The position numbers and the translations under genes are program-made. Positions 41,030 to 52,355 of a stretch of DNA of 64,000 nt are shown piece after piece. How positions within the stretch are numbered: the stretch's first letter is position 1; each line of letters starts with the position of its first letter. The notes beneath the pieces are model-generated. The model searched no databases. It worked only from the letters and a program-made list of their open reading frames with translations, and was not told the origin of the DNA. This DNA comes from Mobula hypostoma (taxonomy: Eukaryota): contig NC_086097.1 of NCBI RefSeq assembly GCF_963921235.1, positions 91,080,001 to 91,144,000 on the forward strand. Direction: 5' to 3'.

Positions 41030-41239
41030 AATTACAGACCAGCTTGCCAGCCATCTATTGTCACGAAATTAGTAGAGCTCTTAAAAAGAATCGAGAGGCT
41101 GAACCCCTTGAAAACTGTCAACTGGAGTTAGCATAGATCCATAAAGGGCAGGTCATACTTGTCAAAATTGATTGACTATTTTGATGAGGTCAGAGAGTCA
41201 GAGAGTCACTCAGCAGAGAAGCAGTTTTTAATCAGTGAC

Positions 41240-41410
41240 TGATGACTGCCTAATAATTGTATCCCCATGGTACCTTTTTCAACAGCAGTTTAATTCACTT
41301 TAACTATTGAACCAGAATTGTTCCATAAAACAGGAACTTATTAACACTTGGTCTGAAAAAATACTTAGAGCTGCCAGTAAGAAATCTGGGGAACACTATG
41401 TTTCTTTGCA
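41240..41410 (+). repeat. Copy 2 of the unclassified direct repeat
   Basis: Aligns by eye with 38695-38855. Confidence 0.85.
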
Positions 41411-42039
41411 CTGACAATGAGCTATTCTTTCCTCTCTCCATTCAGCTCAGTCATTCAGCATACTAAACATTAGACACCCATTTACGGGAATGCTACTCAA
41501 TCACATTTCATTCACCTCATGTTCTTATTCATTGCTCCCACTCATCTTCACACTCAGGGCAATTTTCAATTGGTAGTCAATTTATCAACCAGCACATCTT
41601 TGGGATTCAGGTAGAAACCAAAGAACCCAGAGGGTAATATCATGCTGACACATGAAAAACACACAGATAGTACTCACAGTCATGATTGAAATCGGGTCAC
41701 TGGAGCTTGGAGGCAGCAGCGCTATAATCTGTGACACAGTGCCAGAAGATTGCCTAAGTATGATTTTGTATGGACCTCCAAAGGGCATGACATAAAGTCC
41801 CACAAAAGATACTGTTAGCTAAAGTTGAAGGTTGCTTACTGAGATGGTTTATAAACTGGCTGAAGACCAGGTGAATACAGAGTAAGATGATTAAACTGTG
41901 CACACCATAGTTCCCGAGCAGTTGGATTGCGTAGCGGGAGGAAGAGTTGAAAAGAAACGGGAGGGGCAGTCAGGACATTCTGCATGCCATGGTTCCCGAG
42001 GGTTGTGGATAATTAGGTGCTGGCAAGGGTCGATAAAAA

Positions 42040-44557
42040 AAAATTAGGTTTAAGTGGAGCAGTCATTGTGAGAGTGGGGAGTTCAGGCTTTGGCTCATAG
42101 AGGAAGTGGCAGGAGGTATTTTTCTCATTTAATTTTTCTTTCTTTCTTATTGCATAGTCAGAGTAGTGGGGATACCTGGCAGGATAGTGGAATGCTCTCT
42201 TGTGGCATGTGGGAAGGCATGGAGATCTGCAATATCCCTGGTTATACTCCTGCTCGAAGTGCATCCAGCTGCAGCTTCTTTCAGGGCATGTTGAGGAATT
42301 AGAGCTGGAACTGGATGAACTTCGGATCGTTAGGAAGGCTGAGGGATTGATCGACAGGGCATACAGAAGGGTAGATACACCAAAGGTGCAGGACACAGGT
42401 AACTGAGTGACTGTCGGGAGGGGGAAAGGGGATAGGCAGGCAGTGCAGAGTACCCCTGTGGCTGTTCCACTCATCAACACTCATCAACACTTTTGATACT
42501 GTTGGGGAGGATGACCTAGCAGAGGAAAGCCACAGCAGTCAGGTCTCTGGCATTGAGTCTGGCTCTGTGGCTCAGAAGGGAAGGGGAGAGAAGAGGCGAG
42601 CTGTAGTGAAAGAGGATTTGTTGGTTATGGGAACAGACAGGAGGTTTGACGGACAAAAACGAGTTTCCCAGATAGTATGCTGCCTCCCAGATACCAGGGA
42701 CATCTCGAATGAATGCTAGGACTAAGAATGCTAGTCCTCAGCATTCTTAAGTGGGCGGTTAACAGCCAGAAGTCACGATCCACGTCGGTACCAATGACAT
42801 GGGTAGGAAGGGGAACAAGGTCTTGTAAAGTGAGTTCAGGGAGTTAGGTACTAAGTTAAAGGACAGGACCTCCAGGGTTGTGATCTCAGAATTGCTACCA
42901 GTGTCGCATAGTACTGAGGATAGAAATAGGAAGATGATACAGTTTAAACATGGTGCTTGATTAATAAAGGTATCAAAGGTTATGTGGAGAAGGGAGGAGA
43001 ATGGGGTTGAGAAGATGATAAATTGGCCTTGATGGAATGGTAGAGCAGACTCAATGTGCCCAATGACCCAAGTCTGTTCCTATGTGGTATGGTCTTATAC
43101 AAAGCCAGGATTCAAAAGATTGAGCATGGTGGGATAATGTTCTGAGTTGCGTATATTTCAATGCAATGGGTATTGTAGGAAAGGCAGATGAGTTTAGGGC
43201 ATGGATCAGCATGTGGAATTATGAATTGTCACCATTAGTGAGGCTCGGTTACTGGGGTGTAGGAGAGGCAGTTGGATGTTTCACTGTTCCGTTGTTTTAG
43301 ATGTGATAGAGTGGGAGGAATGGCATTACTAGTCAGGGAAAATGTCGTGGCAGTGCTCAGACAGAACGGACTGGAGAGCTTGTTCACTGAGGCTGTATGA
43401 ATGGAGCTGAAGAATAAGAAAGGATGTCCACATTATTGGGATTATATTACAGACCACCCATCCGTCCCAGGATTTAGAGGAGCAAATTTGTAGACAGATC
43501 TCAGACTGTTGCAAGAAACATAATGTTGTGATTGTAGGTGATTTTAACTTTGCACACATTGACTGGGACTCCAATAATGTTAAAGGGCTGGATGGGATAG
43601 AGTTTATCAAATGTGTTCATGGAAGTTTCCTTAATTAGTTTATAAAGGTCCCAACTAGAGAGAGTATGATACTAGATCTGCAATTAGGGAATGAGACAAG
43701 GCAAGTGATAAAGGTTGTATAGGGGAATTGTTTGCATCTAGTGATCATAATGACAGTAGTTTCAAGATAATTATGGAAAAGATAGGTCTAGCCCTCAGGC
43801 TGAGATTCTAAATTGGTCAAAAGCCTATTTTGAAGGTAACAAAAAGGAACTGCCAGGTGTGGATCGGGACAGGGACAGGTTGTTTTCTGGCAAAGCTGTA
43901 TTTGGTAAGTGGGAGGCCTTCAATAGTGAAATTTTGAGAGCAAAGTTTGTATCCTCCTGTAAAAGGCAAGGAATACAGGTTTAGGGAACCTTGGTTTTTA
44001 AAAAGATATTGAGGCCGTGGTGAAGAGAAAGAAGGAGATACATACCGGGTATAGGCAGGAAGAAGCAAATGAGGTACTTAAGGAGATTAGGAAATGCAAG
44101 ATAACTTATATGTTATAACTTATATTTCCTTATATGAAGGAAATCAAGAGGGCTAAAAGAAGGCATGAGTTGCTCTAGCATTCCAAAGGCTCCTACAGGT
44201 ATATTAGGAGCAAAAGGATAGTGAGGGACAAAATTGGTCATTTTGAAGATCAGAGTGGTCATCTGTGCATGGATCTGAAAGAGATGAGGGAGATCTTAAT
44301 TTGATTTTTTTGCCTCTGTATTTACTCAGGGCAGAGAGTCTATAGAAGTAAGGCAAAATAGCAGTGAAGTCGTGGACTGTATACAGATTACAGAGGAGGA
44401 GGTGTTTGCTGTCTTGAGGTTAGTGCAGAAATTGCATGGGCCTTAGCAGAGATACTTAGAACATCCTTAGCCACCGGTGTGGTGCTGGACAATTGGAGGA
44501 AACCTCATGCTGTTCCATTGTTTAAGAAAGGCTATAAGAATAAGCCAGGAAATTATA
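42040..44557 (+). mobile_element. Decayed CR1 with 5' end: ORF1 zinc finger/zipper plus esterase, EN and start of RT
   Basis: YSCSKCIQLQLL...ELELELDELRIVR; cacgtcggtaccaatgac (HVGTND); gtaggtgattttaac (VGDFN). Confidence 0.85.
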
Positions 44558-47000
44558 GTTCAAAGTTCAAAATAAATGCAACTCTGAGATTTATTTTCTT
44601 GCAGACATACACAGTAAATCTAAGAAATATAATAGTATCGATGAAAGATTGAATCCAACAGAATGGACAAACAACCAATTTGCAAACGACAACAAACTGT
44701 ACAAATTTAAAAGTCAAAAAAGAAATAATAAAAAATAACTAAATAATAAATATTGAGATCACGAGATGAAGAATCCTTGGAAGTGAGTCCACTGGTTGTG
44801 GCAACAGTTCATTGATGAGGCGAGTGAAGTTGAGTGAAATTATACCCATTGGTTCAAGAGCCTGATGGTTGAGGATAGTAACTGTTCCTGAACCTGGTGG
44901 TGTGGGTCTTGATGCTCCTGTGCCTTCTTCCTGATGGCAGCAATGAGAAGAGAGTATTGCTTGAGGCATGGGGGTCCTTGATGATCGACGCTGCTTTCCT
45001 ACAAAGGCTCTCCATGTGGATGTGCTCAATGGTGGAGAGGGTTTTACCCGTGATGGACTGGGCCTTATTCACTACTTTTTGTAGGATATTCCATTCAAAG
45101 GCATTGGTGTTTGCCATCAGTCAATCCACCACACGTCTATAGGTGTTTGTCAAAAGTTCAGATGTCATGATGAATCTTCGCAAACTTCTAAGGAAGTAGA
45201 GGCGCTGCCGTGCCTTCTTTGTAATTACACTTATGTGTTCGGTCCAGGACAGGCTGTCTGAAATAATAACACTGAGGATTTTAACATTGCTGACCCTCTC
45301 AACCTCTGATCCCCTGGTGAGAACTGACTCAAGGACCTCTGGTTTCCTCTTCCTGAAGTCAATAGTCAGCTCCTTGGTCTTGCTCACATTGAGTGAGACG
45401 TTGTAGTTGTGACACCACTCAGCCAGATTTTCAATTTCCTTTATATGTGATGATTCATCACCACCTTTTATTCAGCCAACAACAGTGATGTCATTGGCAA
45501 ACTTAAATATGGCATTGGAGCTGTGCTTTGCTTCACAGTCATAAGTACAAAGCAAGTAGAACAGGGGGCAAAGCACACAGCCTTGTGGTGTACCTGTACT
45601 GATGGAGATTGTGGAGGAGATGTTGTTGGCAGTCCAAAGTGACTGTATTCTGCAAATGAGGAAATTGAGGATTCATTTGCACAGGGAGGTATTGAGGGCA
45701 AGGCCTTGAAGCTTATTGATTAGTTCTGAGGGGATGATGGTATTGCATGTCGAGCTGTAGTTGATAGAAAGCATCCTGATGTAAGCATCTTTGCTGTCCA
45801 GATATTCCACGGTTGAGTGAAGAGCCAATGAAATGTCATCTGCAGTGCACCTGTTGTGCCCGTAGGCAAAGTGGAGTGGATCCAAGTTGCTTCTCAGGAG
45901 TTGATATGTTTCATCATCAAACTCTCAAAGCACTTTGTCAAAATGGACGTAAGTGCTACTGGGTGATAGTTATTGAGGCAGGTCACCACGTTCTTCTTAG
46001 GCACCAGTATAATTGAAGCCTACTTGAAGCATTTGGATACCTCAGGCTACTGAAGTGAGAGATTACAGATATGGGGGAGCACTCCAGCCAGTTGATCAGC
46101 ACAGATCTTTAGTACTCAGTCAGGTACCCCATCCGGGCCAGATGCTTTCCATGGGATCACCCTCCTGAAGGATGCTCTCACGTCTGCTTCAGAGACTGAA
46201 GTTACAGGGTCATCGGCAGCTGTGGGAGTTTGTGAAGTTTCCTCCTTCTTTTGATGGTCAAAGCGAGCATGGAAAGCATTAAGTTCATGGGGGAGCGAAG
46301 CCTTGTTGTCATCTATGTCACCTGGTTTCACTTTGTAAGAGGTAATAGCAGTCAAGCCCTTCCACAACTGTCGAGCATCCTTCAGTGATTCAAGTTTGGT
46401 CTGGAACTGTCACTTCACACATGAAATGGCTTTCCAGAGATCATACCTGGACCTCTTGTATCTGACTGGGTAGCAAATCTGAATGTTATTATCTGGCCCG
46501 CAGTAGATTGCAGATCTCATGGTTCATCTGGGGCTTATGGTTAGGGAAGACTGAATGATGTTATGGGGACACACTCATCTACGATTGTTTTTATAAAGTC
46601 CATGACAAACTTTGTGTACTTATTCAAGTCCTCTGATGAGTCGTTGAAAACAGTCCAGTCCACTGACACAAAGCAGTCCCATAGCCGGTCCTCTGCCTCC
46701 CATGACCACCACTCTGTTGTCCTTATCTCCGGAGCCTTGTTGTTTAGTTTCTGCTTGTATGTAGGTAGGGCAGCCAAATGATCAGATTTCCTAAATGCAG
46801 TCTAGGGATAGAATGGTAGGCATTACTTAATATAGTATAGCAGTGGTCGAGTGTGCTGTGAACCCTGGTGCTGCATGTTATACGCTGATGATAACTGGGC
46901 AAAGATTTCTTCAAACAAGCCAAAATGAAGTCAACGACTATGATTTGAAATGTGTTTGGGTGGGCTGTTTCTCCTTTGGTGATGGCAGCATTCAATATCT
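44558..47000 (-). mobile_element. Rex1/Babar LINE (partial EN, RT and 3' end)
   Basis: TLDHCY, LNAFHARF, KASGPDGVP, DPLHFAY.HNR and SKTKELTIDFRK motifs; gttcaaa-repeat tail. Confidence 0.9.
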
Positions 47001-47879
47001 CAGGTGCCTTTTAAATACTGAGATCATATCTGCGTCCACCACTCCCACTAACACCTCGTTCTTCAGTCTCACCACCCTCTGAGTGAAGAAGTTCCCCCTC
47101 ATGTTCCCCTTAAACATTTCACTTTTCGCCCTTAACCCATAATCTCTAATTCTAGTCTCACTCAACCTCAGTGGAAAAATCCTGCTTGCATTTACCCTTC
47201 ATAATTTTGTATGCCTCTATCTGTCATGGTCCGGTCCGTGAAGTCCATATTCCGGTTCACGGTCCGGTCCATCGACCCTTGCTCCAGGTTTTCCTGTCTA
47301 CCCTGTTTCTGTTCCTGTTAAGCACTAATTAAGGCAGCTGATGCTTGTTGGGGCTGGCTGCATAAATACCTTCAGAGAGCAGGATGTGGCTGCTGGATTG
47401 TTCTTGTCCTTACTCCTTGTATCCCTTCCCCTGCCTTCTGTTTCCTTGCCTGAAGCCTTGCCGGTAACTCTTGCCTCGCCTGAAGTTCTTGTTTCGCCTT
47501 GCATTGCCTGAAGCCTTGCCTTGTCTTGCTGGTAACTCTCGCCTCGTCTCACCTTCAGTCCTGTCCTGGAGCCACCCTGTACCTAGCTGCATTCCTGTCC
47601 CTTGCCTCCGCCAGGTAAGTCAGGGCGTATTGCCGTTACCTACGGTTGGTTCTGTCCCTTGCCTCTGTTGGGTAAGCCAGGCCGTCTTAGCATTACCTGC
47701 GGTTGGTTCTGTCCCTTCCTGCCCCTTGCCTCCCTTGGGTAAGCCAGGACGTCTTGCTGTTACCTGCGGTTGGTTCTGTCCCTTCCTGTCCCTTGCCTCC
47801 GTCCGGTGGTGAACCACGCCTTGACCAGGAGTACCACGCCATGCCCAGGAGTACCGCGCCCTGCCCAGGAGGAGCATCC

Positions 47880-48450
47880 AACCTCCAGCCTCCAGCCAAG
47901 CCTCGCCTCTCCTCAAGTCTCTAGCCTCCTGCCTCCTGCCAAGCCTTGCCTCAAGTCTCTAGCCTCCTGCCTCCTGCCAAGCCTCACCTCAAGTCTCTAG
48001 CCTCTAGCCTCAAGCCTGAAGACTCCAGCCTCCTGCCTCGCCTCGCCTCTAGTCTATAGCCTCAAGCCTGAAGACTCCAGCCTCCTGCCTCGCCTCACCT
48101 CTAGTCTCTAGCCTCAAGCCTGAAGACCCCAGGTCCTGCCTCCTGCCAATCCTCGCTTCTAATCTCAAGCCTCAAGCCTGAAGAACCCAGCCTCCTGCCT
48201 ACTGCCAAGCCTCTTCTCAAGTCTCTAGCCTCTAGCCTCAAGCCTGAAGACTCCAACCTCCTGCCTCCTGCCAAGCCTCACCTCAAGTCTCTAGCCTCAA
48301 GCCTGAAGACTCCAGCCTCCTGCCTCTTGCCAAGCTTTGCCTCAAGTCTCTAGCCTCTAGCCTCAAGCCTGAAGACTCCAACCTCCTGCCTCCTGCCAAG
48401 CCTCGCTTCTAATCTCTAGCCTCAAGCCTGAAGACTCCAGCCTCGTCCTG
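47880..48450 (+). repeat. Minisatellite in LTR1 (~55-65-bp unit)
   Basis: Unit ctccagcctcctgcctcctgccaagcctcgcctc(t/a)agtctctagcctcaagcctgaaga. Confidence 0.9.
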
Positions 48451-49439
48451 CCTGCCATCCAAGCCTCGACCTTGCCTAGTTCTGGGGTCTGAGCCAGAGG
48501 CAAGACCCAGATACTGGGTCCTTGTCCAGTCTCTGGCTCGGAGTCCAAGCCCGGGCTCCTAGCTCTCTTGTCCAGTCCTGTTCCAGGTTCCCGGTTTTCC
48601 TGTCCATGTGCTTGTCCTCGCCCTGTATCCTAGTTCTGTCCCTAGTACTTCAGTGTCTGTGTCTTGCACTTGGGTCCATTCCTAGCTACCTCCTTATGAC
48701 AGAACGATCCAACTACCCATGGACCCAGCGACACAAACACTGTCGTTTTCCTCTTGCCAGCTGGGGTTCCTTTCTGTTAAATACCCTCCCACCCACCCGG
48801 GTCTCCATAGTCTGGATACCCTGTTTGGTCGCCAGGAGACTCCCGTAGGGGCGGTGGAGGGGGAGCGGATACGGTCATGGTCCGGTCCTTGAAGTCCGTA
48901 TTCCGCTTCACGGTCCGGTCCATCGACCCTTGCTCCAGGATTTCCTGTCTACCCTGTTTCTGTTCCTGTTAAGCACTAATTAAGGCAGCTGATGCTTGTT
49001 GGGGCTGGCTGCATAAGTACCTTCAGAGACCAGGGCTTGGCTGCTGGATTGATCTTGTCCTTACTCCTTGTATCCCTTCCTCTGCCTTCTGTTTCCTCGC
49101 CTGAAGCCTTGCTTTGTCTTGCTGGTAACTCTTGCCTCGTCTCGCCTTCAGTCTTGTCCTGAAGCCACCCCGTACCTAGCTGCATTCCTGTCCCTTGCCT
49201 CCATCGGGTAAGCCAGGCCGTCTTACCGTTACCTGCGGTTGGTTCTATCCCTTCCTGTCCCTTCCCTCCATCGGGTAAGTCAGGCCATATTGCCGTTCCC
49301 TACGGTTGGTTCTGTCCCTTCCTGTCCCTTGCCTCCATTGGGTAAGCCAGGCCGTCTTGCCCTTACCTGCTGTTGGTTCTGTCCCTTCCTGTCCCTTGCC
49401 TCTGTTGGGTGGTGATCCGCACCCTGCCCAGGAGGAGCA

Positions 49440-50265
49440 CCCAGCCTCCAGCCTCCAGCCTCCAGCCAAGCCTTGCCTCGCCTCAAGTCTCTCGCCTCCT
49501 GCCGCAAGTCTCTCGCCTCCTGCCAAGCCTCGCCTCAAGTCTCTAGCCTCTAGTCTCAAGCCTGAGGACTCCAGCCTCCTGCCTCCTGCCAAGTATCACC
49601 TCTAGTCTCTAGCCTCAAGCCGGAAGACTCCAACCTCCTGCCTCCTGCCAAGCTTCGCCTCCAGTCTCTAGCCTCTAGCTTCAAGCCTGAAGACTCCAGC
49701 CTCCTGCCTCGCCTCACCTCAAGTCTCTAGCCTCTAGCCTCAAGCCTGAAGACTCCAGCTCCTGCCTCTTGCCAAGCTTCGCCTCTAGCCTCTAGCCTCA
49801 AGCCTGAAGACTCCAGCCTCCTGCCTCCTGCCAAGCTTTGACTCTAGCCTCTAACCTCAAGCCTGAAGACTCCAGCCTCCTGCCTCCTGCCAAGCCTCAC
49901 CTCTAGTCTCTAGCCTCAAGCCGGAAGACTCCAGCCTCAAGCCTGAAGACTCCAGCCTCCTGCCTCCTGCCAAGCCTTGACTCTAGTCTCTAGCCTCAAG
50001 CCTGAAGAATCCAGCTCCTGCCTCCTGCCAAGCCTCACCTCCAGTCTCTAGCATCAAGCTTCAAGGCTGAAGAATCCAGCCTCCTGCCTCCTGCCAAGCC
50101 TCGCCTCTAGTCTCTAGCCTCAAGCCTGAAGACTCCAGCCTCCTGCCTCCTGCCAAGCCTCGCCTCTAGCCTCTAGCCTCAAGCCTGAAGACTCCAGCCT
50201 CCTGCCTCCTGCCAAGCCTCGCCTCTGGCCTCTAGCCTCAAGCCTGAAGACTCCAGCCTCGTCCT
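49440..50265 (+). repeat. Minisatellite in LTR2 (longer array of the same unit)
   Basis: Same unit as in LTR1, with more copies. Confidence 0.9.
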
Positions 50266-50577
50266 GACTGCCAGCCAAGCCTCATCCTTGCCTAGTTCTG
50301 GGGTCCGAGCCAGAGGCAAGACCCAGGTACTGGGTCCTTGTCCAGTCTCTGGCTCGGAGTCCAAGCCCGGGCTCTTAACTCCGTTCCAGGTTCCCGGTTC
50401 TCCTGTCCATGTGCTTGGCCTCGCCCTGTATCCTAGTCCTGTCCCTAGTACTTCAGTGTCTGTGTCTTGCACTTGGGTCCATTCCTAGCCACCTCCTTAT
50501 AACACTATCAAATTTACCCTCATTCTCTTACGGTCTAGGAATAGAGTCCTAAGCTTTTCAACCTTTTCCTATATCTC

Positions 50578-52355
50578 TTGAAGACAGAAGCGGGTGAATT
50601 TATTATGGGGAACAAGGAAATGGCAGATGAGTTGAACAGGTACTTTGGATCTGTCTTCACTAGGGAAGACACAAACAATCTCCCAAATATAATAGTGGCC
50701 AAAGGACCTAGGGTAATGGATGAACTGAAGGAAATTTATATTAGGCAGGAAATGGTATTCGATAGGCTGTTGGGTCTGAAGGCTGATAAGTCCCCGGGAC
50801 CTGATGGTCTGCATCCCAGGGTACTTAAGGAGGTGGCTTTAGAAATCGTGGATGCATTGGTAATCATTTTCCAATGTTCTGTAGATTCAGGATCAGTTCC
50901 TGTGGACTGGAGGGTGGCTAATGTTGTCCCTCTCTTCAAGAAGGGAGGAAGAGAGAAAACAGGGAATTATAGACTGGTTAGCCTGACATCCGTCGTGGGA
51001 AAGATGCTGGAGTCAATTATAAAAGATGAATAGCATCTGGATAGCGGTAATAGGATCGGTCTGAGTCAGCATGGATTTACGAAGGGGAAATCGTGCTTGA
51101 CTAATCTTCTGGAATTTTTTGAGGATATAACTATGAAAATGGACAAGGGAGAGCCAGTTGATGTAGTGTACCTGGACTTTCAGAAAGCCTTTGATAAAGT
51201 CCCACATAGGAGATTAGTGGGCAAAATTAGTGCACATGGTATTGGGGGCAGAGTACTGACATGGATTGAAAATTGGCTGACTGACAGGAAACAAAGAGTA
51301 TCGATTAACGGGTTCCTTTCAGAATGGCAGGCGGTGACCAGTGGGGTACCGCAGGGTTCAGTGCTGGGACCGCAGCTGTTTACAATAGATATTAATGATT
51401 TAGATGAGGAAATTAAAAGTAACATTAGCAAACTTGCCGATGACCCAAAGCTGAGTGGCAGTGTGAAATGTGAGGAGGATGTTATGAGAATGCAGGGTGA
51501 CTTGGACAGGCTGGGTGAGTGGGCAGATGCATGACAGATGCAGTTTAATGTGGATAAATGTGAGGTTATCCACTTTGGTGGTAAGAACAGGAAGGCAGAT
51601 TATTATCTAAATGGAATCAATTTAGGAAAAGGGGAAGTACAACGAGATCTAGGTGTTCTTGTACATCAGTCACTGAAAGCAAGCATGCAAGTACAGCAGG
51701 CAGTGAAGAAAGCTAATGGCATGCTGGCCTTCATAACAAGGGGAATTGAGTATAAGAGCAAAGAGGTCCTTCTGCAGCTGTACAGGGCCCTGGTGAGAGT
51801 ACTGTGTGCAGTTTTGGTCTCCAAATTTGAGGAAGGACATTCTTGCTATTGAGGGAGTGCAGCATAGATTCACAAGGTTAATTCCCGGGATGGCGGGACT
51901 GTCATATGTCGAAAGATTGGAGCGACTGGGCTTGTATACTGTGGAATTTAGAAGGCTGAGAGGGGACGTTATTGAAACATTTAAGATTATTAAGGGATTG
52001 GACACGCTGGAGGCAGGAAGCATGTTCCCGCTGATGGGTGAGTCCAGAACCAGAGGCCACAGTTTAAGAAAAAGGGGTGGGCCATTTAGAATGGAGTTGA
52101 GGAAAAACTTTTTCACCCAGAGAGTAGTGGATATATGGAATGCTCTGCCCCAGAAGGCTGTGGAGGCCAAGTCTCTGGATGCTTTCAAGAAAGAGATGGA
52201 TAGAGCTCTTAAAGATAGCGGAATCAAAGGTTATGGGGATAAGGCAGGAACTGGATACTGATTGTGGATGATCAACCATGATCACAGTGAATGGCAGTGC
52301 TGGCTCGAAGGGCCGAATGGCCTACTCCTGCACTTATTGTCTATTGTCTATCGTC
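50578..52355 (+). mobile_element. Young 5'-truncated CR1 nested in a minus-strand CR1 (host pieces ~47005-47221, 50510-50577, 52362-52775)
   Basis: KSPGPDGLHPRVLKE, YLDFQKAFD and GVPQGSVLGP motifs; tattgtc-repeat tail; TSD tatctc at 50572-50577 and 52356-52361. Confidence 0.9.

Larger units (their letters stand above)
47222..50504 (+). mobile_element. Non-autonomous two-LTR element: LTR1 47222-48701, 171-bp interior, LTR2 48873-50504; 5-bp TSD
   Basis: TGTCA...TGACA termini (LTR2 ggtca...taaca); TSD ctatc at 47217-47221 and 50505-50509; purine tract before LTR2; ATGGACCCAGCG gag-like start. Confidence 0.92.

Noticed and set aside
47880..50265. CRISPR-like regularly recurring caagcctgaagactccagcctc
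   Set aside because: The intervening sequences are variants of one unit rather than unique spacers; eukaryotic LTR context and no cas genes
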